Shown here one piece after another: positions 46,780-57,500 of a stretch of DNA of 64,000 nt. The notes below the pieces were generated by a model that saw only the letters and a program-made list of their open reading frames with translations, was not told the origin of the DNA and did no database searches. The position numbers were made by a program, and so were the translations under genes. Each line of letters starts with the position of its first letter. The stretch's first letter is position 1. This DNA is from Phycisphaerales bacterium (lineage in GTDB: Bacteria; Planctomycetota; Phycisphaerae; WQYP01). The DNA is taken from positions 96,001 to 160,000 of the forward strand of contig DAIDJN010000041.1 of NCBI GenBank assembly GCA_027451365.1. The letters are read 5' to 3'.

Positions 46780-47075
46780 GCTCAATTATGCAGACTGGCG
46801 TAAATTAAGGGTGGCCCGCGCGAAAAACGGCTCATGCGCAAACCGGGTGTCGGGCGTCTGGCCCGACGAATTGTTCCCACCGGCGGCCAGGATGGCCGCT
46901 CCCGTCAAGACTGTTTACAACCCGCAAGCAAATAATGACAAGACGCGCCACCAGCTCAACAGCGTTCACACATTAACCTACGCCTTCCCCGACGGTTGCA
47001 ATTCAATTGGCCAGGCATCAACTCCGGCGGCTACGAATGGCCGCCCGTCAAGAATATTTGCCGTCAGCAAGTGGT
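46780..47075 (+). repeat. Diverged copies of the 44-kb repeat unit
   Basis: GTCGGGCGTCTGGCCCGAC..CCCACCGGCGGCCAGGATGGCCGC..AAGACTGTTTACAACCCGCAAGCAAA..CGCGCCACCAG (46849-46954), plus a more decayed CCGGCGGCTACGAATGGCCGCCC near 47024. Confidence 0.8.
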
Positions 47076-47146
47076 TTGTGATATGACACGTCTGGTGATC
47101 AAACCCAGTGCGCTTTGCCATGAAATTGTTCAGTCAATAAGTCCGG

Positions 47147-48658
47147 TTATGCGGGGGAATGCGGCGTTCGGGAATCTGCGGCGGTGGCACGGTTTATATC
47201 CGTGCGAAGCAGCACCAACGAAGGTGTTTCCTGGCGTCCCAGCTTGCGCTGCAACGTTCGCACGCTGATGCCAATTGCGTGGGCCGCGCGCGTTTTATTA
47301 TTGTGGTGCCGCTGCATGGCCGCTTGTATGGCCAATTGTTCAAGTTGCGCCAGTGTCAGAAGTGGCTCATCTTCGTTCGTGGAAATATAACTGGAAATTA
47401 TCGTCGGCGGGACAACCGGTGCAAGGCCCCGCTGTGTCGGGGCTATCGCCAGCGCCCCGGATGCGTCTTGTATGGCCGGCGGCAGGTCCTTCAGACTGAT
47501 GACCGTATTGTCGCGGTCTGACAGCACCATTGCGCGCTCTATCACGTTCAGCAGTTCTCTTACGTTTCCGGGCCAGTGATAGCGTTGCAGGGCCTCCATC
47601 GCCGGGATGGAGATGGAATCAATCGGTGTGGCGATATTCCGCAGATTCACATGCTCAATAAAATAGCGCACCAGCAGTGGTATATCATCAAGGCGAGCCC
47701 GCAGGGGCGGTACACGGATGGTGATGATGTTCAGGCGATAATATAAATCTTCACGAAATAAGCCTTCCCGTACCATATTTGGCAAATCTCGGCTCGTGGC
47801 CGCAATCACGCGCGTATTTACCTTGATCTCGCGATGGCCGCCCAGCGGGGTGACAATTCTATTTTCCAGAATTCGCAGAAGCTTCGCCTGAAGAGACAAT
47901 GCGCAATCGCCAATCTCATCAATAAAAAGTGTGCCGCCGCTGGCCGCCTCAAACCGCCCGATTCGCGAACCGACCGATCCGGAAAAGGCCCCCTTGTCGT
48001 ATCCGAATAATTCACTTTCCACCAGCGTTTCCGGCATGGCCGCACAGTTTAAAGCAATAAACGGTCCCGTTTTTCTCTGCGAATTCCGGTGAATGGCCTG
48101 CGCCACCAGGTCCTTACCTGTGCCCGATTCGCCAAGAATAAGGACTGTGCTGAACGCCCGTGAAGACCGGGCAATCAAATCAAAAACATCCCGCATGAGC
48201 TGGGATTGACCAATGATATGGTCATTGACACCATCGCCAATTTCCGGCGTGGGGGGCTTCTGTTCGTTCTGGCACGCATGAATCAGGTCCATCAGGCGGG
48301 ACAGCATCAGCTTTGCATCGGTTACATTTTGCAGATCATCAAATGTGCCCGTGTTAATGGTTTCAATCAGGGATTTCACGGATTCGGTTTCATGAATAAC
48401 CGGCAAAGGTGTGTTCGGAAAATAATTTCGCCAGTGCTTAATCAGGTCCAGACGCGATATGTCTCCGGATATAACCCCAGCCACAACGCAATCAATGCCC
48501 TCGCCCACAAAACTCAGCGCCTTTTCCGCGGAATCCGTGGTTTTGACAACATAACCCGCGTTGGTCAGCAACTGTTCCAGCGCGGCACGCTGGCTCGGAT
48601 TGTCTTCAATCACCAGTATTTCATATTGATCAGTTTGATCACTTTTTTGAGAAGTCAT
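47147..48658 (-). CDS. sigma54-dependent enhancer-binding protein (REC-AAA+-Fis HTH) with degenerate receiver
   Basis: GESGTGKD, ESELFG, GAFSGS, LFIDEIG, FREDLYYRLN, WPGNVREL and NKTRAA..IGIS.RTL.RK. The phospho-Asp position reads CVVAG. Confidence 0.92.
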   Translation of the reverse strand: MTSQKSDQTDQYEILVIEDNPSQRAALEQLLTNAGYVVKTTDSAEKALSFVGEGIDCVVAGVISGDISRLDLIKHWRNYFPNTPLPVIHETESVKSLIETINTGTFDDLQNVTDAKLMLSRLMDLIHACQNEQKPPTPEIGDGVNDHIIGQSQLMRDVFDLIARSSRAFSTVLILGESGTGKDLVAQAIHRNSQRKTGPFIALNCAAMPETLVESELFGYDKGAFSGSVGSRIGRFEAASGGTLFIDEIGDCALSLQAKLLRILENRIVTPLGGHREIKVNTRVIAATSRDLPNMVREGLFREDLYYRLNIITIRVPPLRARLDDIPLLVRYFIEHVNLRNIATPIDSISIPAMEALQRYHWPGNVRELLNVIERAMVLSDRDNTVISLKDLPPAIQDASGALAIAPTQRGLAPVVPPTIISSYISTNEDEPLLTLAQLEQLAIQAAMQRHHNNKTRAAHAIGISVRTLQRKLGRQETPSLVLLRTDINRATAADSRTPHSPA

Positions 48659-49184
48659 TCCAATGGCTCCAAATCCGGACGCCAGCGCCCACTTATTTCC
48701 TGGGAGTCGGCCAACTGTGCCCCCCCATCGCAGAATTTGCCACCTGCCAGCCTGTTCTTAACCACAACTAAGGATAGCGGTATGCGCCTGGTAAAGCAAA
48801 CCAAAATCGGGCCAGTCCCATGCCGCTGCCGCGCGACCGCGGCCGCCAATGCGCATGACCTTGCGAGCCAAGCCAATCCCGTCCGCTCTGTCGTGCCCGA
48901 TTCCCCTTCGTTGCTGACCGGGTCTGGTAAAGAAATTGTCGCCGTCCTGGCCGCCGGGCAGAAGGCACGCGCATATGCAACTCACGCCGATGCGCTGGGC
49001 ATGTTATTTGGCGAGGGGGCTTGAATCCGGCCTGGGGGAGGGTGGAGCGGAATCTGTGGTGCAGGATTGACAGGATTGCCACGATAGCGTGAAGGCGGCC
49101 CATGTCCGACGGAAAAGGAATGCCCATGTTTAGGAACGCTTCAGCAAATGCGACCCCTGTTTTCGGCCCCTGGCCCGACCACCT

Positions 49185-49796
49185 TTAAATGCCTATGCCG
49201 ACGACCACCATCGGTACCGCCGGACTGCTTCTCCCCTGACGAATAAGATCGTAAAGGCCGCCTTCGTAATATCCGACGCCCGAGGACATCTGTGATTGAA
49301 AGTGTTTTATTGGAAGTATTTCGATGCCTACATCAATGACGTCGCCCACGAAAAAAGCCATATGCTTTACAAACATGTCGTAAGCCACAAAAGAATATTT
49401 GCCAAATTGTATTTCCAGGGCGATGCGATCCTTCACGAAATCGGTCTGATTGTAGGATTTAATAGGTGTTTTGCTGGCCTTCTCGATCTCGTGTTTTTGC
49501 TGATCCGGCTGTAAAGTCAACGTCCGGCGAATAAGCTGATGATCAGATGTGACCCAATAATAAGTGCGGGATTCCTTCCAGCCAAGCGGGCCGAGTGCTC
49601 TTGTAAAAGCGCTGTTCATGGCGACGGGGCTGTAAAGCGTTCGCCCTCTCATGGTTTTCTCACGGGAGATTTTCGTACGGCATTTCTCGGCGTCAATACC
49701 TTCGATGACCTCTTCAACTTCTTTCCACAATTCCGGTTTGTGAACCAAGATATGTTCATGACCGTTAAGATGCGAATAAAGCGCGTGAATCTTCAC
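49185..49796 (-). CDS. BglII/BstYI-family type II restriction endonuclease
   Basis: YSHLNG.E, TK.S.EKTM, NQTDFVKDRIALEIQFGKY, GIEILP, MSSGVGYYE and PAVP motifs; GTGA overlap with the MTase. Confidence 0.88.
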   Translation of the reverse strand: MKIHALYSHLNGHEHILVHKPELWKEVEEVIEGIDAEKCRTKISREKTMRGRTLYSPVAMNSAFTRALGPLGWKESRTYYWVTSDHQLIRRTLTLQPDQQKHEIEKASKTPIKSYNQTDFVKDRIALEIQFGKYSFVAYDMFVKHMAFFVGDVIDVGIEILPIKHFQSQMSSGVGYYEGGLYDLIRQGRSSPAVPMVVVGIGI

Positions 49797-50686
49797 GATT
49801 GGCCCCCGCTGGGCAAGGTGGGGTCGTAAATCGGCCTGTCCATCGGACGAGTTTTAAGCAGACCGGCACGCAGAGACTCAACGCGGTTCTGGGCAATTTG
49901 AACATAACGCGGATCAATATCGCACCCCACGCCATCGCGGCCGTTTTTAATTGCCGCTATTACGCTGGTTCCCGCGCCCATATAAGGGTCGAAGACCGTT
50001 TGGCCCGCCCTGGTCATGGAAAGCACCAATCGTTCCACCAGTTCAACCGGAAATTGGCACGGGTGTGCGGTTTTTTCCACATGGTTTGCCTTTACATTTG
50101 GTATCAACCACACATCTCCCGGATTTTTACCCAACGGATTGCAGGAGAACTGCCCGGCCCGCGGACCTTTGAAATATTTCTTTCCCGGATATTTCGACGG
50201 TACCCGAATCGGATCCAGATCGAATACATAATCATCCGATTTGGTGAACCACAGGATCACTTCGTAGCGTCCGGAAAATCGCTTGGTGCAATGCAATCCG
50301 TGCGCAAAATGCCAGACAATGCGATTTCGCAGCATCAGGCCATGTTTTTTGAAAATTGGGTATAGCACAACGTCCAGCGGAACAACTTCGCGTTCCAGAC
50401 TGATGTGATTGCCGACCTGCCAGCAAATTGAGCCATTCGGACGCAGGAGGCGAACGCATTCCGCGATAACTTGTTCCTGCGATTGAATATAGCCGCCCAG
50501 ACTGTTGCGCCGCTCATATTCTTTGCCAATATTATACGGTGGTGAGGTAATGATTAACTGTGCCAGGGCATCGGGCAGAGTCGCCATAAATTTAAGGTTA
50601 TCCTGACAGGCGATGGTTGCGTCGCCTAATTTCAGGGAATCGGCGGAGGGGTTATGGTCGTACGAAGAGAAGAGTGTAGGCGTCAT
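49793..50686 (-). CDS. Site-specific DNA methyltransferase (amino-MTase, beta class, probably N4-cytosine)
   Basis: TSPPYN before HPCQFP and DPYMGAGT; GKNPGDVW.IPNVK. GGAG RBS at MTPT. Confidence 0.92.
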   Translation of the reverse strand: MTPTLFSSYDHNPSADSLKLGDATIACQDNLKFMATLPDALAQLIITSPPYNIGKEYERRNSLGGYIQSQEQVIAECVRLLRPNGSICWQVGNHISLEREVVPLDVVLYPIFKKHGLMLRNRIVWHFAHGLHCTKRFSGRYEVILWFTKSDDYVFDLDPIRVPSKYPGKKYFKGPRAGQFSCNPLGKNPGDVWLIPNVKANHVEKTAHPCQFPVELVERLVLSMTRAGQTVFDPYMGAGTSVIAAIKNGRDGVGCDIDPRYVQIAQNRVESLRAGLLKTRPMDRPIYDPTLPSGGQS

Positions 50687-50959
50687 AATACGAACCGCTC
50701 CATTGTATGACTTGATTGAAATATACCATAGAGGACCAATTTTCGCACCAGTCGCTGATTTTCCGCGGACCGGCAAGAAATTATATGCAAACGTCAGGCG
50801 ACGCGCTGCGAAAAGAGAAGCAATGCCCGATACATCAAAGGGCAGGCTGATTTATAAGTCCGCCGCCAGTGGCCGCTCCAGAAATTGCACAAGCCGGGTC
50901 GTATGGCAAATAAGAGGCTGCCGCGCAAAACGGCTGATCAAATCGCCGCAGGCGTCAAA

Positions 50960-51634
50960 TTATTTTTTTCCTATTCCGTCCACTAGCGTTTGCACGATGT
51001 CGCGGGCAATTTCCAGTGGATCGCGCTCCCCGGCGCAGGGCCGGCCGTGCGAAAAGTTCAGCACCTTGTTGGCATAACCATTCACCAGGCACCACCAGGC
51101 CAGCACCAGCATATCGGAGTCTCCCGCACGGATTTCGCCGGCCTTCTGGCCCTGCCGGACGGTTTCCAGAAGCAGCATACGGCCATTGGCGGATGCCGCC
51201 TCCACCGGGGACGTCGGCGTTCCGCCACAGCAGCCATCGCGGGATTTCCGCAATTCCGGCCGGTGCATCAGACGGAATTCCGCCGGGTGTTCAATCGCAA
51301 AGCGAACAAATTCCACCCCCATGGCAATTAATTTATCCAGAGAATTGCCGCGCGTTTTATGCTGCTGAAGGCGCATTGCGTCTATCATCGCGGTGATGCA
51401 GGAAACAGTGGCGGCTTCCAGAATCGCGCCTTTGTCGCGGAAATGGTGGTATGGCGCGTTGTGGCTTACTCCCGCCTGCTGGGCCACACGGCGAATGGTC
51501 AGGCCATCCGGACCGCGTTTGTCCACGATTTTAATCGCGGCTGAAACCAGCTCGGCGCGCAGGTTTCCATGGTGATAGCCGCGGGCAATTTCCGGCGATT
51601 TGCGGGCCTTGGATCGCCGGGAGTGCTTAGGCAT
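50960..51634 (-). CDS. TetR/AcrR-family regulator
   Basis: YHHGNLR...LTIRRVAQQAGVSHNAPYHHF.DK HTH; divergent from the RND operon. Confidence 0.92.
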   Translation of the reverse strand: MPKHSRRSKARKSPEIARGYHHGNLRAELVSAAIKIVDKRGPDGLTIRRVAQQAGVSHNAPYHHFRDKGAILEAATVSCITAMIDAMRLQQHKTRGNSLDKLIAMGVEFVRFAIEHPAEFRLMHRPELRKSRDGCCGGTPTSPVEAASANGRMLLLETVRQGQKAGEIRAGDSDMLVLAWWCLVNGYANKVLNFSHGRPCAGERDPLEIARDIVQTLVDGIGKK

Positions 51635-51642
51635 AACTGTTA

Positions 51643-51686
51643 ATCTTGACATAGTCTAAATTGTAGCCTATCTTGACAGTGTCAAC
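51643..51686. promoter_or_regulatory. Tandem TetR operators overlapping efflux-operon promoter
   Basis: ATCTTGACATAGTCTAAAT and ATCTTGACAGTGTCAAC (core TTGACA-G-TGTCAA); TTGACA-N17-TATCTT promoter. Confidence 0.7.
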
Positions 51687-51824
51687 AAGGATGGTCGTCG
51701 CGGAAAGCCGTGAAATGTGTTTGCCGGCTGCGTCGATCAATCCGGTTACGGCGATGCCCAACCGGATTGCCTGGCGGGGTGTTGAACCCGACCCCGACAT
51801 GTTGTCCCCGAGATCAGGACAGTT

Positions 51825-53435
51825 ATGGAAAATGTTTCCCTATCGCCCCAATGCCGACCAGAAAATCCGGATCGTCAACCGGGCCGCGCCTTTTGGCGGG
51901 GCTTGGTTCCCTGCGCCCTGCTGATTGGTCTGGGGATGGCCGGTTGTTCCTTTGAACCGCCATTGCATGTCCCCCCCGCGCCGCAAGTGCATGCCTATAC
52001 CGCCGGCAAACCCGTCCGCGGAACTGTCGCGGTCAAGGGCGTGGGCCAGGCCGGTGCGGGGCAGCGGTTCGCCTATGGAAAAAAAATCCGGCGCACCTGG
52101 TGGAGACTTCTGAAATCAAAACAGATAAACGCATTAATCAAACGGGCGGTCGCCCACAGCCCCACCATCACTCAGGCACTGGCCACCCTGCAAGAGGCGC
52201 ACCAGAACACGAAAGCCATTGATGGTGAAGGCTGGCCGCAGGTGTCGCTGACCGGAGGCGGCGACCGTCAGCGATTCAGCGGCGCGCAATTCGGTGGTCC
52301 GACCCGCAGCTTCAGTCTGTACACCGGGCAGGTGAATGTCAGTTACACGCCGGACCTGTTCGGTTTGAACAAACTTGCCCGTCATCAGACCCGCGCCCTG
52401 GAGGATGCCCAGCGGTTTAATCTGCAGGAGGCATATCTAACGCTGGAGGGAAACACTGTTTCCGATGCCATATTAATGGCCTCGTATGAAGCGCAAATAC
52501 GGACCACCCGCAAGCTTGTTACGATTCAGCGGAATATTCTCAAGTTGATTGCGCAACAGTACAAGCTTGGCGCAGTAACATATTTAGACGTGTTAAATCA
52601 ACGGACATTGCTGGAAACCACAAAAGCCAGGTTGCCCCCGTTGAAACAATCGCTTGCCGCAGTGCGCCATGCTCTGGCGGTTCTGGTGGGAACGATCCCT
52701 TCCCAGGCCGGATTGCCCTCCATTCGCCTGAAATCATTGAAACTGCCGATGATGATCCCCGTCTCGCTGCCGTCGGTTCTGACGCGCAATCGGCCGGATA
52801 TTAAACTTGCCGAGGCCGAGCTTCGCGCTGACAACGCCTCCATCGGCGTGGCCATTGCCAAAATGTACCCCACCGTTCAACTCACCGGCGACCTGGGGTT
52901 TGAAAATGGACGCATTCCCGACTTTTTCAATGCCTCAAGCCTGATCTGGGATGTTGCCGCCAATGCCAGCGTGACGCTGTTTGACGGCGGCACACTTATT
53001 GCCAACAAGCGGGCGGCCCAGGCGGCCCTTCGGGCGCAGATTGCCGCCTATCAATCCACTGTCCTGGCCGCTTTTCAACAGGTTGCCGATGCGCTGCGGG
53101 CGATACAGAATGATGCAACGTCGCTGAAGTTCAATCAGTCCGCATATATCAGCGCGGGCCAGGCATTCGTTCTGGCCCGCAGACAATACCGCGCCGGTGC
53201 CATTGATTATCTTTCCCTGCTTAACACCCAGACGCAATTCCAACAGTCCGAACTTGGCGTTGTAACCGCCGAAGCTCAGCGCTATCGGGATACCGCCGCG
53301 CTGTTTGTGGCGTTGGGCGGTGGCTGGTGGCCGAAGCAATATTCCCGCCAAAAGCAGGCCGTTGCGCCGGCGCGGACCCGCCCCGCAGCGGCAAAGCCGA
53401 CGAATAAGTCCAATCAAGTGAATGCGATTCCATAA
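51825..53435 (+). CDS. RND outer-membrane factor lipoprotein (NodT/OprM-like)
   Basis: Lipobox MAGC, WW.L, SYTPDLFG, RPDI..AE, AFQQVADAL and LFVALGGGW motifs. Confidence 0.92.
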   Translation: MENVSLSPQCRPENPDRQPGRAFWRGLVPCALLIGLGMAGCSFEPPLHVPPAPQVHAYTAGKPVRGTVAVKGVGQAGAGQRFAYGKKIRRTWWRLLKSKQINALIKRAVAHSPTITQALATLQEAHQNTKAIDGEGWPQVSLTGGGDRQRFSGAQFGGPTRSFSLYTGQVNVSYTPDLFGLNKLARHQTRALEDAQRFNLQEAYLTLEGNTVSDAILMASYEAQIRTTRKLVTIQRNILKLIAQQYKLGAVTYLDVLNQRTLLETTKARLPPLKQSLAAVRHALAVLVGTIPSQAGLPSIRLKSLKLPMMIPVSLPSVLTRNRPDIKLAEAELRADNASIGVAIAKMYPTVQLTGDLGFENGRIPDFFNASSLIWDVAANASVTLFDGGTLIANKRAAQAALRAQIAAYQSTVLAAFQQVADALRAIQNDATSLKFNQSAYISAGQAFVLARRQYRAGAIDYLSLLNTQTQFQQSELGVVTAEAQRYRDTAALFVALGGGWWPKQYSRQKQAVAPARTRPAAAKPTNKSNQVNAIP

Positions 53436-53463
53436 AGCCTCACCCATTTAAGGATTTGTCATC

Positions 53464-54564
53464 ATGTTCAAACGTCTGTTTCTTGCCATATTTCTGCTGG
53501 TTATAATTGGCGGATTGCTGGTGGCTATTTTTGGTTTTAAGGCATTTATAAACCGGAAAATAGCCAACGTCATGGCGCATCTGCCGGTGCCCCCCGTGAC
53601 GGTTTCCACCGCCAAGGCCGGTAATGCTTCCTGGCCGGTGAATCTGTCTGCGGTAGGTTCACTAACCGCGGTGCAAAGTGTGGATTTAACCGCACAAATA
53701 TCGGGCAATGTGACGGGAATCTATTTTCATTCCGGCAAGGAAGTCAAGCCGGGGCAATTGCTTCTGCAAATTGATAATTCAACCCAATTGGCTCAACTTC
53801 GTGTGGACCAGGCGAATCTGGCCCTGGCAAGAACCAATTTGGCCAGAACGATTAAGCTGATCAAGGTTCGCGCCGCTGCGCAATCACAACTTGATACCTA
53901 TCGGGCCAATGTGGCTACAGCGTTGGCGCAGGTTCAATCGGACAATGCCACTCTGGCCAAACTGGCCATTCGCGCCCCGTTTGCCGGCTATCTGGGGCTG
54001 CGGCAAGTCAGTCTGGGGCAGTTTGTCGCACCGGGAACATCCATTGTGACGCTGAATTCGTGGCAGCCGATTTACGCGGTGTTTTCTATTCCGCAGAATA
54101 ATATTGCCGCTCTGGCAATGGGCCGTAAAGTGACGTTGCGCGTCAACAGTTTTCCCGGACGCGTATTCACGGGAACCATATCAGCGATTTCTTCACAGGT
54201 GGATGTGAATTCGCGGAATGTTCAGGTGCAGGCGACGTTTCCCAATAAAATGGAATTGCTTAAACCCGGCATGTTCGGTGATATTTCCGTGGCGACGGGC
54301 AAGGTGCTGCACGTGACTGTTGTCCCGGCGCTTGCCGTCGCCTACAGCACATTTGGGGATTATGTCTATGTGGTAAAAAAGACCGGCAAGGGAAAAAAGG
54401 TTGTCCTGACCGCCAAACAGATTCTCGTGCATCCTGGATTGCAACGTGGAGATATGGTGGCCATTACTTCCGGCATTAAGGCCGGCCAGACCGTTATAAC
54501 CGTCGGGCAGATCAAACTTCATCCTGGCGCTGTCATTTTAATTAATAATTCAGTCAAGCCCTGA
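53464..54564 (+). CDS. RND periplasmic adaptor (MFP)
   Basis: N-terminal TM, SG.V..I.F.SG.EV..GQLL, IRAPFAG, LKPGMF and GQIKLHPG motifs. Confidence 0.92.
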   Translation: MFKRLFLAIFLLVIIGGLLVAIFGFKAFINRKIANVMAHLPVPPVTVSTAKAGNASWPVNLSAVGSLTAVQSVDLTAQISGNVTGIYFHSGKEVKPGQLLLQIDNSTQLAQLRVDQANLALARTNLARTIKLIKVRAAAQSQLDTYRANVATALAQVQSDNATLAKLAIRAPFAGYLGLRQVSLGQFVAPGTSIVTLNSWQPIYAVFSIPQNNIAALAMGRKVTLRVNSFPGRVFTGTISAISSQVDVNSRNVQVQATFPNKMELLKPGMFGDISVATGKVLHVTVVPALAVAYSTFGDYVYVVKKTGKGKKVVLTAKQILVHPGLQRGDMVAITSGIKAGQTVITVGQIKLHPGAVILINNSVKP

Positions 54565-54579
54565 GCAGGAACAGTTTTC

Positions 54580-57500
54580 ATGAAATTTACCGATATATTT
54601 GTCAAACGCTGGGTACTGGCCAGTGCCATTAATCTGATTATTCTCATCATGGGGGTGCGGTCGTGGCTGGGCATGACCGTGCGGGAATACCCGAATATCG
54701 TCAATGCGGTCGTCACCGTCACGACGTCTTATCCTGGAGCCAGTCCGGAAATTGTGCAGGGGTTTATTACCGCCCGTCTGGAACAGGCCATCGCGCAGGC
54801 GCCGGACATTGACTACATGACCGCGACCAGCGCTGAAAGCACCTCCGCGATAAGCGTGTACATGAAGCTCAATACCAATCCAAGTTCCGCCGTGGCGCAG
54901 ATTCTGGCCAAGGTTAAACAGGTGGCCAGTCAGTTGCCACCGGAAAGTCAGTCACCGGTCATAAACGAAACCGTGGGAGATTCCCGCGCTCTGATGTATC
55001 TGGCGTTTTACAGCAAAACCATGAACCAGCAGCAGATTGTGGATTATCTTCTGCGTGTGGTTCAGCCACAGGTTCAGGCGATTCCGGGCGTAAGCCAGGC
55101 GCAAATTCTGCCTCCCGGCACCGGCTCCAGCGGCAACAGCTATGCGGTACGCGTCTGGCTGCATCCAAATAAAATGGCGGCGCTGGGCATTACGGCCGCC
55201 GATGTTTCAACCGCCCTGGCCGAAAACAACTATATTTCCGCGGTAGGCCGCATCAAAGGCAAAAACATCGCCAAGGTTATTACCGCGACAACATCGCTGA
55301 ATAACATAGACCAGTTCCAGAAACTGATTGTCAGCTATGTGAATGGCGCGCCGATTTACCTCAAAGATGTCGCCCGTGTGGAACTTGGTGCCCAAAGCTA
55401 TAATTCCGCGGTTTATCTTAACGGCATTCCGGCAACCTTCATCGGCATAACTCCCACGCCCGATGCCAACGACTTGACCGTGGCCCACCTGGCCCATGTG
55501 CTGTTCCGCCATATTCAAAAATCCGTTCCCAGCGGCATGCACGCAACGATTGGTTACGATGGCAGCATTTACATTACCAAGGCAATTCAGGAAGTGTACC
55601 ATACCGTGGGCATTACGCTGGGCATTGTGGTGCTGGTGGTGTTCCTGTTTTTAGGCTCGTTGCGCTCCCTGTTGATTCCGATGGTGGCCATACCCCTGTC
55701 GGTGTTGGGGGGCGGCATATTCATGGTGGCCGCCGGGTTTTCCGTCAACCTGCTGACCATGCTGGCCGTTATTCTGGCGATCGGTCTGGTGGTGGATGAC
55801 GCGATTATCATGGTGGAAAACATTCACAGGCATATAGATGAAGGACTGACTCCATTTAATGCGGCCATCAAGGGCGCTCGTGAACTGGCCGGTCCTATTG
55901 TGGTTATGTCCACCACTTTGGCGGCGGTGTTTGCGCCCATTGGCTTTATGGGCGGTTTGACCGGCAGTCTGTTTACGGAATTTGCCTTCACGCTGGTTTT
56001 CACCGTGCTGGTTTCCATGGTCGTGGCGCTGACGCTTTCTCCCATGATGGGCAGCAAACTGCTTAGACCCAGCAAGGACCACGGGCTGGTGCACACCTTG
56101 GACATGCTGTTCGCCGGGCTGCGCCGCATGTACGACGCCTCGCTTGAACTTGTTCTGGAAATTCGCCCCGTGGTTCTGCTTATCGCCGTCGCGATTTTCG
56201 TCAGCATTCCGTTCCTGGTGATGGGCGCAAAAAGCGAACTGGCACCCACGGAAGACCAGGGCATTCTCTTCTTCACCGCCACCGGCCCACCCACGGCGAC
56301 ACTGCATTATATGAACGCGTATGCCAAACAGATTCGAAATATCTGCCGCAGCTTTCCGCAGTCGGATAACATATTTCAGGTCAACGGCTTTTCGCCCATC
56401 GGGCCGGGGCAAAATGCCCTGATCGGCGGCATGTTGCTCAAACCCTGGGACCAGCGCACAATGACTCAGATGCAGCTTCAGCCCGAACTGCAGAAGAAAC
56501 TCGCCGGTGTGGCCGGATTGCAGGTCACCTCTTTTGCGCTGCCTTCACTGCCGGGGACGCCTTTGGGATTGCCGATTCAGTTTGTGCTTACTTCCACCAA
56601 AGGCTACAAAGACCTCGATCTGGCGGCCAATCATTTAATAGCGAGCGCTTATAAAAGTGGTCAGTTCCTTTTTGTGACCAAAGATCTGCGTTACGATAAT
56701 CCGCAGATTAAACTGATTATCCATCGCAATATCGCCGCCGCCCTGGGCTTAAACATGACGCAAATCGGCCTGAACCTGGAACCGCTGCTGGGGGGAAACT
56801 TTGTCAACCGTTTTGACCTTCAGGGCCGAAGTTACAAGGTCATTCCACAACTTGCCGATCCGCGACGGGCCACATCTCAAATGCTGAACAACTATTACGC
56901 CCGCACCGCGTCCGGTGCCATGGTGCCATTTTCGACATTCATTACCATTGACCATGTGGTGCGCCCCGAATTTCTGCCACAGTTTCAACAGCAGAATGCC
57001 GTCACGATTCAGGCTTTGCCCAAGCCTGGTGTAAGCATGGGACAGGCGCTGACCTTTCTGAAAAATGAAAAGCAGAAACTTTACCCCACCGGCTACGGAA
57101 TTGATTACGGTGCGGCTTCCCGGCAATTCATTCAGGAAGGCAGCGGTATTTATATTACCTTCCTGCTGGCTGTGGTGCTGGTATTTCTGCTGATGGCTGC
57201 ACAGTTTGAAAGCTTCCGTGATCCTCTGATCGTTCTGTTTACGGTTCCCATGTCCATTTTCGGAGCCATTACATTCCTGTTTCTGGGTATCAGCACGCTC
57301 AATATTTATACAGAAGTCGGTCTGATTACCCTGATCGGCCTTATTACCAAGCAGGGAATCCTGATTGTTGAATTTGCCAATCGCGTGCAGGAAGAAGAAG
57401 GTCTGGACCGTAAGGCGGCGGTTATTAAAGCCTCCAGTGTGCGACTGCGGCCGATTCTGATGACCACCGGGGCCATGGTTTTTGGCGTAGTGCCTCTGCT

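Noticed and set aside
48758..48985. NFFTRPGQQRRGIG resembles a GNAT acetyl-CoA motif (possible pseudogene)
   Set aside because: A single short motif with no supporting flanking similarity.
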